From contig JBMGUZ010000012.1 of NCBI GenBank assembly GCA_051530055.1, forward strand, positions 1-58,976: a stretch of 58,976 bases of DNA, in the 5' to 3' direction. Both the position numbers and the translations under genes were made by a program. The notes under the pieces were generated by a model that saw only the letters and a program-made list of their open reading frames with translations, was not told the DNA's origin and made no database searches. How positions within the stretch are numbered: the first letter of the stretch is position 1; every line of letters begins with the position of its first letter. Source of the DNA: Neoechinorhynchus agilis. Taxonomy: Eukaryota; Animalia; Acanthocephala. Shown piece after piece: positions 42,701-55,180 of this stretch.

Positions 42701-45547
42701 GAGGCAATACCGAGAGGATCGGTATACCTTTCGTTCCTGGGGACATCGAAGGTGCCCTTGTCAAAGCGAGTGTCCCAACTCGCTAGATGCGCCAGAGAGA
42801 AGCGGAGACGGATATGAGCGTTAATTTTAACTTGGATCGCGAAGAGAGAACCTATAGTAATCACGTCGTACTGACCTTTGCATCCTCTAGGAAGGAGCGC
42901 CCCTCTGAAAGTGATATCAGAACGGATTCCGCCGATGAAACCTTTCAATGTGACGAGAGGCATTAGTTCGGGCGTGCAAGGTTCATTAAGTCCGATTCTG
43001 AATGGATCAAGGTCGTCGGTACAAACGACAGACCATACCGAATTGTTTAAGAAGAATTTAGTCGTCAGCTCAGCCTCCTGAGTATGAGAAGACAGTTGCC
43101 ACGACACTCCAACAGAAGACCTACCATTATGTTCGGAATACGCCATGGCCCCGGAACCGAACGATACTCCAAGTGACTTGGAGACCATGACCCAGTGTAG
43201 AATTGTTCGTTCATGAACGATAGTGACTTCCGGATCAACCGCCCATGCAGCAAAAGCTCTAGCTAGCGGAACGCCCAAATATGCGTTAATGATACCCAAA
43301 ATAGTCCTATCGCTCGTTGGTAGCACATCGGAAATCGACCCTAAAATCCAAGAAGATTCAGGCGTCACTGCTTTGATCGAAACTTGCATCGTGTCAAGCC
43401 GCAGACTTAACTTGTGTGCAGCAAGCCTAAGGCACGGCAAGATGTCAGGTGCAGAATAATACTTCAACTCGTTTTCAGGAGTCAACCTTGTTCGAGTAGC
43501 CGGAAGATCTGAGACCTTAAGAAGGCCAAACTGAATAAGAGGGTAAAAGTAGAAGCCCGGGTCGTAATTCCAGGCTAGTCTAATACCAGAATTGTACGGA
43601 ACCTTTAGCCTACCCATAAATTGGTAGTCAAGAGTATTGTTGGATAAGGCTAAGTAAGATAATAATTCCTCTTGACATGGAATTTCATTTAAAGCCTCAT
43701 TCGGAAACGAACCGTTGAGGATCGAGAGGCCGAGATTGTCGTAAGGGAAAGAACCCATTCCGTTGGAACTAGTATAGCGGAATCGCTGGACACAAGTCGC
43801 AATCTCTTCTAACGTGACGGTTACCACAATAAAAATCTTATTGGCTTGTTTAGCGAACGCATCCATCAGAGAAAAGAAATGCTCCTCGGTGCCAGAACGA
43901 TTCATATAGATCTCATCAACAAGAATCGGATTCCACACAGTAGCGACTATACGATGCAACTGCTCCGCGGGAGCCGGGAAATATTGTTCCATGACGGCGA
44001 GGGTACGACCGTCAAGTGCCGAGTTGTGGACATTTGGTCCTTCGTTCCAGACTAAATTGTTAACGGCTACGCATCTGAAGAAGTCAACGACGGACATGCG
44101 CAGCCAGACGATCTCAAACGGTTGACATACCCACATACGGCGAATATTACCATTCAAGCGAGAATTACCGTTTGGCGGCGGAGCCGTAACTGTCGGATAA
44201 TTGTCAGTAGAAAGAATTGCTCGCATTCGAGCGAACGTGGCTGGGGAGCCGTCTCGATAATGATCGAGCGCAGCAGAACCGCAAAGCGTCAGGTAAGCCA
44301 TTTTTTCGTTCCGACGACGGAGCAGTGGGGCAACCTGACTAACGGTATGTAAAAGCCGAGTGAAATCCATCCGTGCGGATGTATCCAAATCATCTGATAG
44401 AATTAAGCTATACACTCTATCGAGACAAGAGCTGCTCGAAATAGTGGTCGGAGGGTCAACCGGATCGGGTGAGAGAATGTGGAACACATTAGGGTCTAGG
44501 TCCATGCCGGGTTTCAACATGAGCTCTTGCTCACGCCATAGTTCGTTATATTCGGCACCAATTGGACCAGACATAGCATAAGATAAGCCCAAAGAGATAC
44601 AAATCGGTTCGTGAGTTTCAGTCAGATGGGGCATGTTGCAGAGATAGTAATGTAGAGCTCTCTTTTCCTCGACGCTCTTGCCTCTGTAGAAGGGTACGCT
44701 AGCCTCAGCAACTGCCCTGGCTTTATCGTTAAGAAAGCTATCGTCCTGCTCGAGGATCAGGCCTGCGTCATGGAGAAATTCGGGCTCTTTGGTAGCAATG
44801 ATGCTAAAGTTGGTGGCGGGGATGGTCCGAAACAAGGAATAATTACCAGCCAGAGCGGTAACTATTTTGGAGACATGGTCGGCCGACTGAACGAATTCAA
44901 CTGTCATTTGATATCCTACCGGCACATAGGGTCGCGGAATCGAATTGCCGTTGAGAGAGTGCATGAGGCGATTCCATTCCTCGGAAAGTCTTTCAGCATA
45001 ACCATCGCCACCAGCCAGGACGGAGGAGATATAGGAGCTAGTGAAACTGCTCACCCCGTTTCCGGCTAAAGTGGAGATGGCATCAGGTGAAAGCCACCCC
45101 GAAGAACTGAATTGCCTGAAGTGCCTATTTCTAAGCGATGCAAGCAAAGCTGTGCGCCTAGTGGCGCGCCATTCCAGACTTTCCAACAATTCGCTTTGCC
45201 CATTTAGAACATCTAACTCCCTACAAAAGGCTGCGCACAAGCGCTGGTTACGGGAGGCCAGCCCATGCGCTAGAGCATGTAACATGGGCTGATTGTTCCT
45301 ATGAGCAAAGCAGAGACCCATTAATCTCTTCTTTGATATTCCGATTTTATTAAGAAGGTGATGCGCGCGAACTCGCACATCATTACGAATCTTATGTTCG
45401 ATATTGTCCGACTTTTCCGCGATGGTTGTAGCCCCGACGAACGCAGCCTCATACTTGAGGTTTCGTACGGCAGCCTCCATGTCACGGGTGAAAGAACCGT
45501 TCTTATCTGTAGGGACGAATGAATTGTAATTACGATACCTATCGCGC
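42586..45547 (-). CDS. Diverged, 5'-truncated paralog of virus-like ORF1 (~985 aa uninterrupted)
   Basis: Colinear with ORF1 from R.RYRNYNSFVPTDKNGSFTRDM to ...ASAED*. About 80-85% aa identity by eye with saturated synonymous differences. The 5' end is fused to the 121-bp array. Confidence 0.85.
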
Positions 45548-45550
45548 CAG

Positions 45551-46760
45551 AAATAACAGAATTTTTAAGCGCCAATCATTGAATTGTCTATATCATGTTC
45601 CTCATTGCTATTCATAAACACAAACTTCCTTCTGTTGCACGTCAGGAATCCCAAGGTGGTCGTTGCCACACAAATAACAGAATTTTTAAGTACCAATCAT
45701 TGAATTGTCTATATCATGTTCCTCATTGCTATTCATAAACACAAACTTCCTTCTGTTGATCGTCAGGAATCCCAAGGTGGTCGTTGCCACACAAATAACA
45801 GAATTTTTAAGTACCAATCATTGAATTGTCTATATCATGTACCTCATTGCTATTCATAAACACAAACTTCCTTCTGTTGATCGTCAGGAACCCCAAAGTA
45901 GTCGTTGCCACACAAATAACAGAATTTTTAAGCGCCAATCATTGAATTGTCTATATCATGTTCCTCATTGCTATTCATAAACACAAACTTCCTTCTGTTG
46001 CACGTCAGGAATCCCAAAGTAGTCGTTGCCACACAAATAACAGAATTTTTAAGCACCAATCATTGAATTGTCTAAGTCATGTACCTCATTGCTATTCATA
46101 AACAGAAACTTCCTTCTGTTGTACTTCAGGCATCCCAAAGAAGTCGTTGCCACACAAATAACAGAATTTTTAAGCGCCCATTATTGAATTGTCTATGTCA
46201 TGTACCTCATTACTATTCATAAACAGAAACTTCCTTCTGTTGCACGTCAGGGATCCCAAAGTTGTCGTTGCCACACAAATAACAGAATTTTTAAGCGCCA
46301 ATCATTGAATTGTCTATGTCATGTACCTCATTGCTATTCATAAACACAAACTTCCTTCTGTTGCACGTCAGGAATCCCAATATGGTCGTTGCCACACAAA
46401 TAACAGAATTTTTAAGCGCCAATCATTGAATCGTCTAAGTCATGTACCTCATTACTATTCATAAACACAAACTTCCTTCTGTTGCACGTCGGGAGTCCCA
46501 ATATGGTCGTTGCCACACAAATAACAGAGTTTTTAAGCGCCAATCATTGAATCGTCTAAGTCATGTACCTCATTACTATTCATAAACACAAACTTCCTTC
46601 TGTTGCACGTCAGGAATCCCAAAGTTGTCGTTGCCACACAAAGAACAGAATTTTTAAGCGCGAAACATTGAATTGTCTAAGTCATGTACCTCGTTACTAT
46701 TCATAAACACAAACTTCCTTCTGTTGCACGTCAGGAATCCGAAAGAAGTCGTAGCCACAT
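45551..46760. repeat. 121-bp minisatellite, 10 units
   Basis: aaataacaga recurs at 45551, 45672, 45793, 45914, 46035, 46156, 46277, 46398 and 46519, with variant aaagaacaga at 46640. Confidence 0.97.
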
Positions 46761-46795
46761 TTACTCAAAATTTTCTCCATTATGACCGTAATTAG

Positions 46796-47140
46796 TTAAA
46801 TCATTGGAATGGTCAAGTTTCGCACCACGTACATTTTAGGGCTTGCTTGGTGTATCGCGCAGACAGTGGTTGTCATGGTTTTTATTTTAACGTATCTTAT
46901 ATCGAAATTGTATTCGTTTAGCATTATCGCCCAAAGCACTAACCTTCCGTTGGTCATCTTGCTGAGGTCCCTCTGGTACCTGAATATGTGTTTTAACGGT
47001 TGGTAATCAGTTTCCAACACAAAATGTCGCCCATAAAGGTATTAATGAAACCGCTTGATTGCGTGCACGATGGCCAAGGCTTCTTTGTCTATAGTAGCAT
47101 ATCGCACTTCAGTTGGATTAAGTTTTCGTGACGTCAACAT
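46796..47140 (-). pseudogene. Ty3/gypsy RNase H fragment (mirror of 15915-16259)
   Basis: Same translation and same internal TAA as the left copy. Confidence 0.88.
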
Positions 47141-47189
47141 TATTGGAACTTTTTTGTTTCAATAGCGAAGATTGTATCAATTAAATTTA

Positions 47190-49690
47190 TTATATGAAAA
47201 TTTTCGGCGTTTTCGTTGGCCTTCTTCGGTCACTCTAAAATTACAGTAGAATCAAATTTGAGAGCGTCTTAATTCTATTTATCGGGGGTATTCTGAGGTT
47301 CAATTTATAGTCGGCTTTGTTGCCAGGAAACGTGTTTGTTCGCTGGATCATTATCGCTTCGATCGTCACTCTATCGCGCTTTACGTCAGTGCGGGCCAGT
47401 ACTTCGGTGCCATCAAAATTGATCGCATGTCCACTGCTATTGATGTGGGACACTATTGGCGAACTTACATCCGTCTTTTTGTCCACTGCTCTTCTGTGCT
47501 CGGCAATCCTTTTTAAATTGATGGTTTGTCCCACATATGAGAGATTGTAATTGGAACATGAAATCTTGTATACACATCCGACCGGTACCTCCTCATTTTT
47601 CGGCCGGAGTATTCCTTGGAGAGTCCTGCCCTTTTGCTTAAACGTAGCGCACGCTTTGTCTCTATCGATTCTGTTGATCAGCGAATCTATCCCCGAATTC
47701 CATTGAACATCGACGAATGGCGTTTCAATGTAGCACTTCTTTTTCTCTTGATTGATTGTTCTCACATACGAAGCATACTTAGCCCTTCTCCTACATTTCT
47801 CAATGTATTTCTTTGGGTATCCACTCACTTTGAGATTGTTTAATAAATCCAATATAGTTCACAATTAAGGCGTACTGTATCCGAACAATATCGAAATGCC
47901 CTGATGAACATCGATCGGACTATTGCCAATTTGTGTTTGATCGGCTGAGCAGGTATCCACGGAACAACCATGTGCGGAAACCCTTGCTTCCTGTAGACCG
48001 ATGTCATAAAACCACTATTCGAACCTTTTGTTACTTGTACATCCAGAAATGGTAGAGACTCATTTTCCTCCTCTTCCATTGCCCATATTATATTTTGGTG
48101 GCAGCTATTCAGTTCCTTGCTCAGTTGTACAGTTGAACTTCTATTGGGATCCAGAATAATGAACGTATTGTCCACATATCGTAGCCAGAGCTTCACATCA
48201 TTTAATTCTGACAAGTGTTCATCCCATTTTCTGATGTATATCTCAGCCAATAGTGGGTATAATGGGTTTCCCACATCGCTAGCCCATCCGCCTGGTCATA
48301 ATTCACACCCTCAAACTCAATGTTTGAATATTGTCTACAGAATTCAAGAAGCTGGCGCCAATTATTAGCTGAGCGCTTCCATTCTGTACATTTTTCGACC
48401 AATAGGTTTGTTGATAGCTCAATCACCTCCTCCACGGGTATCTTTGTAAATAAGGACGTTACATCCGCCGAAACCATGAGACCGGCTTCGTTTGGATTCA
48501 CCCTGCCCAATCGATCAATGAAATCTACACCCGAAGTGACCACATGGTCCGATGCCGGAAGGAGCTGTTTGATAAATCCGGATAATTTTCTCGACAACTT
48601 ATAGTTATAGGATGAGTGTGCGGCGATGATCGGACGCGCTTTGACGGGTGTTTTGTGGATCTTTGCAAATAAATACATTTTCGGCGTCTTAGCATTCACG
48701 GATCGTATTCTTTTAAACTCTTCTGGTAGACCCTTCTGTTTCATTAATTTCAGAAGTAATCTGTTGAGTTCGTTCTCACGTTTACTCGTGGGGCAGAAAT
48801 CGAGCTTCTTGAATTCGTCAGCCTGTAGAAGTTCCATACCAAGTCTGTTGAACATTTCTTCGTTTGCCACACAAAATCCATGTCCTTTATCGATTTTCAG
48901 TTTACGTAATTCATTCCGTGCCTTGATTACTTTGGGTCCAGTCAACATCTTTCCTGTTATATTCGAACCACGATTCCTTCCGTTCTTAATAGCCATTTTG
49001 CAACTTCTTTCCAACTCCCATAATGGGATATTTTCGATTTGAATCGAAAGGTCATACACCATTTCCGCCATCTTAGTTCTGAATTGTAGGGTTCCGATTC
49101 TCGGGGTCGGGATAAACTCAGGGCCGAATGACAAAAGTTCCAATACTTCTTCAGGCAGTATAATCTTCGATAGGTTGATGACCTTATCTTTGTTCTCCGA
49201 CGGAATGAATAGATGTCCATCGGCGAGCTTGAGAATTTCTGCCAAGTTATCGACCTCCATAATCAGGATATTACACCATTCGTCGTCCGTCAAGCAACCC
49301 AGAATACCACGATTGTTCTCCAATTGACGCTTGTCGCATTGTATTCTTTTTTTAGCGACATTTTTTATTAAACACTTAATCACATACACCTATTTTTAAC
49401 CCTACATGATAAATCGATTAAGCGTGTGTTAATCGACCAGTCGACCAATCGATTAAAAACGTGTTAATCGACCTATCACAACGCTCAAGATGTTTCCTTT
49501 CTTTTTGGAGTTCCTTAATAGCGTTGTTCAATAACCAAGTTTGCATCGACTTCTGGGCTTTTGAGCCATCGAACCCATACGCCACAGATTGTAGTTCCAG
49601 AAATGAAGGAAGTACTTCATACCGTTTACAGCTTTCAAGGAATTCCGATGCATTTTTGTTGCGAACCATTTTCAACGATAATTTCTCCAT
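47190..49690 (-). mobile_element. Penelope-like retroelement, mirror copy, inactive; GIY-YIG domain retained
   Basis: Same RT motifs, same frameshift and same YVDN as the left copy. GIY-YIG reads GCVYKISCSNYNLSYVGQT...RIAEH...SHINSSGH...VTIEAIMI. An extra frameshift lies near 47840. Confidence 0.93.
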
Positions 49691-49734
49691 TAGACGCAGT
49701 TTATCGCAAATCCGAAAGCAAATTTTGAACTAGC

Positions 49735-50110
49735 GCGTCAGGAATTACTAAACGGACAAAATTGTATATGGCTAGCTAGCGTTATTACTTTCTCTAATCG
49801 TATTTGTTCAATTCCTTAAAAGTCGTAAACGTGAAAGATCATCAAATTTGCAAACGTCAACAAATGATGGAAACAATGCATCAATAATCACGGTTGTTTC
49901 TCCAAAAATTGAAAAACAAATAACTCAAGAACTATTGCGTCTATCACAAATCCGAAAACAGATTTGGAATTAGCGCGTCAGGAATTACTAAACGGACAAA
50001 ATTGTATATGGTTAGCTTACGTAATAACGTCGGAAATCGCATTTGTTCAATTCCTCAACAGTCATAAACGTGAAAGATCATAAAATTTGCAAATGTCAAC
50101 AAAGGATGGA
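49735..50110. repeat. Short (~1.5 unit) mirror copy of the 240-bp array
   Basis: Reverse complement of the 12360-13500 unit. Confidence 0.88.
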
Positions 50111-50407
50111 AACAATGTCCATCCTTATAATGCTCACTTTTGCTCTTCCACTCAACTCTGAAAGCTCGGGTTGGAACGACAAATCTATGTCGGAACGTCC
50201 TCGTCTTTAGCAATTGAATCGGATAAAGAGTTCTTCCACACCCCACTTGACAAGTGAATTAATAGCCCGATTCTCCCGTTTCGATCAATCCCTGAACAAC
50301 ATGAAGTTGAGGACAAGGCACTCTTCAAGGGCCGCAGCTGCAATTGTTCCTAACCTCACCAGCAGCATCCGCTTTTTCGATCTTCGAATTGTCCATTTTA
50401 TTGTCTG

Positions 50408-50690
50408 AGATGAGCAGTCGACCTTCAATGATGAGCGAAAGTTCTTCAAATCAAGGTGATTTTAATGATTTCGATTCATCAGAAGAGGAGCAAGACATAT
50501 CGAAGCCAGGAGAAAATCCGCAAAAAGACGACGAATCCGTTGAGATGAGCAGTCGACCTCCAATGATGGGCGAAAGCTCGTCAAATCAAGGTGATTTTAA
50601 TGATTTGGATTCATCGGAGGAGAACAAAAGCTTATCGAAGCCTGGAGAAAATCAGCAAAAAGACGACGAATCTGATGAGATGAGCAGTCT
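50408..50690 (+). pseudogene. Relic of the acidic repeat gene (~2 diverged 135-bp units, no signal peptide)
   Basis: MSSRPSMMSESSSNQGDFNDFDSSEEEQDISKPGENPQKDDESVEM...; joined directly to neighbouring modules on both sides. Confidence 0.85.
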
Positions 50691-51404
50691 TTTACTCCTT
50701 CGTCAGGACCCTGAAAAACCCACGCAATCTATAAAGGTTGAGATAGAACAGAGTTCAATGAGAAGGTTAACTCGTCCCTTTGGTTAAGCACAATTACACG
50801 TCTGCCAAGGCCGTTCACCGCGGAAATGATCGGCCTACACTTCAGCAATAGTTACAGCCCGTTTTATTAGAAAGAAGATCACAAAGAATGGGACCCATTT
50901 ACCTTTGGGTCCCCATTAGCATTCCAGTTCATAGTTGTTCCAATAAAGTGTAGTCGAGGGATGTCCGTTCGAGTGGGAATATCCGGTCGCAGGGATACCA
51001 ATTCGAGTGGGCCTATCCAGCCGGGGGATGTCCGTTCCTTTGAGAATATCCGGCGGGGTTGGAAGGTCCGTTCTGGTGGGAATTGATGCTTATTGTTTGC
51101 AGGAGCGCTTGTAAAAAGAGAAAGGAAAAAATTATGTATTTGGGATTGGAATACGAATTAGGTAGGATGGGAATATCCGCGGTATGGATGGGAATTGGCA
51201 GTTCCGAATTAATTACATTTTGTTTAAGTTGAATTGCTTCCACTTCTTTGAAAGCGACTGTAAAAAAATCATCGAAACCCTGTGATGAGGACCTGAGGCA
51301 TCTTATGCGTTTTGATCATTGGGTTACAATGCTGGAGTACGCAAAGGTCGTCGGATGTAAGTGCTGAACTTCTTCAATTGGCGCCTAGCAATCACTTTAC
51401 GTCT

Positions 51405-51569
51405 CCACACAAATAACAGAATTTTTAAGCGCCCATCATTGAATTGTCTATGTCATGTACCTCATTACTATTCATAAACACAAACTTCCTTCTGTTGTAC
51501 GCCAGGAATCCCAAAGTTGTCGTTGCCACACAAAGAACAGAATTTTTAAGCGCGAAACATTGAATCGTC
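51405..51569. repeat. Solo ~1.4-unit insertion of the 121-bp minisatellite
   Basis: Replaces the 27-nt segment 7387-7413 of the left arm. Confidence 0.88.
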
Positions 51570-52794
51570 AGTAATGCCGAGATCATCTCATCTTGTACAC
51601 TTCGTCCCCTTAGCGACTTCGTTTTGATCAATGCTTTGACCGATTTCAAGGCCAAATGTTTACCATGCGGAGGATTGGGTACAATGCTTCGACTTATCCG
51701 GTCAACCCCTTTTCCGGAACTTTATAATAGTCTTTCAAGGATATCATCTCCTCTTGGTAGAGCCACTGAAACCTTCTTGAAACTCAAACGACATCTCAGC
51801 CTCCACAAATCAGTCGATCTCCCATTTTTACTTGAAGGTTGAATTTGTCATCAGGTTTTTTTGTTGGTGCGAACGATGATCCTTTGGATATCAACCCATA
51901 ATCCTCAGCGCTTACGCAATCCTCCGGTATGCCGGTTGCTCTATTCAGGATCGAAGCCTTAACAATTATGCTTCGAATCCATAAGCTTTGAAAATTTGCT
52001 GATCAATCGGTTCTTTTCTCCCTCCTTTGCTTGAACATCCACTACTCTTAAAAGGGCAATGAACTTCGCTCGTTTTCATCCAGACTTTCCATAAGTTGCC
52101 CGTCACTTAAACGCAATGGGTTTTTAGCGTTTCTATTTTTAGGCCATGAATCGATCTTTCTGATTGAAAAATAACGATTTTTTATATATTGCCACCTTAA
52201 AGTATCGATTCTAAATTTTTATTCGAAGAAGCTTAAAACTGTCCGTCGGTACAATAATAAACATTTTCTATTCAGCACTTTAGAAAACCCAATAAAATCG
52301 CTTTAAACCTAAGACTTTGAGCAAGCAAACAAAGTGGCTACTTTTCCCGAATTGATTTATCGATAAAAAGTCGACTAAAAAATTTAAATGTGCGCCGAAT
52401 AATAAAACGGACCCGAATTCTGTCGTTTTTTCGTAACTTCCAAAACGCCGTCCGCTTTCTAAAGCGCTGCACCCGCATTCCTCGCGTCGTTCTGTTTTGT
52501 TCTCCGGTGAATCGAGCGACTTTGGCGATGGTGGAAAATCGTTTACGTTCGTACCGAGGACGAATGGAAGCGTCTCAATGCAAGTGAGTAATATTTTGAA
52601 ATTGTGGTCTGTACATGTTTACAAATAATGAAAAAATTAATTTTTAAAGAACAGTGACGAATGAGGCTGAACTTGATGAAAAGACCAAAGTTTGAAGGAT
52701 AAAGCTATGAAGGTTTGAATTATACCGGTCCATAAAAATAAGTATGATACCCACAAGCACTTTTCCGGTGATAACCACACGGTTTTCTCCCTTC

Positions 52795-55180
52795 TTAGTC
52801 CCTTATCATTTTCGAAAAGACTGAGGTCCTATTGTAGAGCAAAGCTACATAGTTCCCTATTGCCTTCTCCCAGACTACTGGGTTCCGGTGTCTTATGAAT
52901 TCAAAGTCTTCTCCGACTGTGGATTCGATTTTGCCCAAGCAAGAGTTTATCCTACTTGTAACAGCTTGTTCCCAAGCAGTCATTGGACCGTTTAGGAGTT
53001 TTGGCCTCATCAAAGCTAATCTCTTCACCTCTTCTCTTTCTTTTCACAGAGGGAGCGAATTACTGCAGTTACAAGTGTCCTGGTGACTATCGCCACCTAG
53101 GATCGGCGAGATCAGAAGAATTAAATCGTTCTTCCAGTTTCGTAATCCTCCACCAGTTTCTTGACTGGGCAAAAGGAATGTCCCACTTCTTTTCAGAGGC
53201 AATCCCTGCGAGTAAGTGGACCATAAACCCTAAGGCCATCTTAGCTGGACCTTCTGGTTTTTAACCTGCGGCGGTTGGAACTGCCACCAGCAAGTCGATT
53301 AGAGCGGCTAAGTTTGATACCGCTTCTAATTCTTTTGTTCGGCCCGGGACACTTAATGCGTCCGAGGCTTCTTCTCGAGTGAGTGGGTTTTCATCCCACA
53401 CAGTCTTAAAAGACAATTCACTATTTGTGAATTATCTGCAATTAGTTCGCACCCTGCAATCAGGGATGCTCCTAATAAGTTGTGGTAGAATCTAGGAAAT
53501 TCTGCCTCCAAGTTTCCGGTGATAACCACACGGTTTTATCCCTTCTTAGTCCCTTTAAATCTTATACTCTTATAGAGACTGTCAAGCGCCATCCATCTTT
53601 GGACGTTGCCATCAAGATCGTCGTAGTCGGCTAATTCGACCCACGGCGGTCCATCAATGTCACCGGGTTCAATCGCGGCGACATTAGACGCGGTCCGCGA
53701 ACTCCCACCTGGAGTCGAAGACCTATCTCTACCTGCCCTATTTGGGACAGGCGTTGACGCAACACTCCTGCCAGTGTTGGCATTTGTGTTAACTGGGGCA
53801 GATGACCCATACAGGGGCCACCTCGCCGAACTTGAATTATCGGGTTCTCTCCCGGTCATTCTGTCTGTGCTCTTTATTGCCTTAGCGCAACACTCTGCTC
53901 TCATCTCCATCACTTTCCTCGTCGCTAGCTGATTTCTTCTGGCTGAATAATTCCCAGCGTTCGATGCTCCTGGCGTTGACCATGTACGGCTAATGAGCAT
54001 TTCGCGCCATATATCAGCTCCGGTCTGTTTTGGAATCGAGGAAAAGATTTTCGAAATAAGTTCAGAAGCATGTAAGAGATTAAGTCTCTCCCAGATTAAA
54101 GCTCCGCCCGAGCCCAAACATGAATTCATTCGACCTAACCACTCTCGCGCTGATTGAATCATCTCTCCTTCACTGAGGAGCGGAAAGTGACCGAGCCACC
54201 TGTTAAGATCAACCAGCATAGTAGCGTAACGGGTGGAGGTTATGTTGGCTTTAGCGAAAGCAGAGACACGGCGCATCCATAACAATGAGCCTTCAAATGT
54301 AGGAATCAGATTCAAGGATCGATAGATATGTTCTAGCAGAGAATCGAGCCCTAAGCGGCTTACTAGAGCACATGAACGTTGCCAAGCGGCAGAACCAGGA
54401 AACAGAGATGCTACCTTTTCGGAAACTTTGGTCGGGGGAGGGATGTATCGAATAGAACAATCAGCCTCCCTCTCAACCCAAGCAGTTCGCGGCATCCCCT
54501 CTGCTTCAATCTCTGCAGTTAAAGGTCGTAGTGATGAGAAGAATTCTCGCTCAGATAATTTTTTAGCAGCAATGATGTTCTCCCAACTCGCAATTTCAAC
54601 CTTGGCTTCGTAATAGTCTCGACCTAGTTCAATGACTATATCACGTCTTTCATGCTTTATCGAGACCATATTGCATATCGGGCACTCAATGTGCCAGCAT
54701 AAATTGTTTAGAGCTGAGGGAGCACCTGAAGAGTCAAGGAGCCAATGAGGGAGCACCTGAAGAGTCAAGGAGCCAAACATCAGAATATTCGAATTGCTTA
54801 AGCCGATAGTATGGAAGAAGGAACGAGTACAGTTGTCTAACGGACGCCGAGAGATTCCATACTTTAAGATAATTTTCAATTTTTGATAGAATATCGCGAG
54901 GAATGTCGCCTGTATGAATAGGGACGAAGTCCCAACGTTCAGCCAATATTCTCTGGCGAGCCTTAGCAAAGACTCTCACAGGGCGCGGATTGTAGTAATG
55001 ACTCATCTTCCCTGCAAGTTGGTTGCTAAGCTCAGACCGACATTCTGAACTAAAGCGTTCAGTGATCAATCCTCCGCAGAGGCATCCGGACGCTCTGAAG
55101 CATCCTCTGTCTTCTTTTTTCTGGAAGAAGTTGGGACCTCGAGGCCCATGGGTGCTAACAACGAGTCCCCCTCGAAACAA
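52795..55180 (-). pseudogene. Right-arm copy of ORF2/ORF3, frameshifted by a 31-nt duplication; ORF2 and ORF3 are in frame with each other here
   Basis: Duplication at 54715-54776. A 1-nt difference (ctagcgacg vs ctaggcgacg) fuses ...RRNQL to ATRKVMEMR.... Confidence 0.8.

Noticed and set aside
45551-46760. CRISPR array (also considered for the 135-bp and 240-bp arrays)
   Set aside because: Units are homologous along their full length with no unique spacers, there are no cas genes, and the context is eukaryotic.
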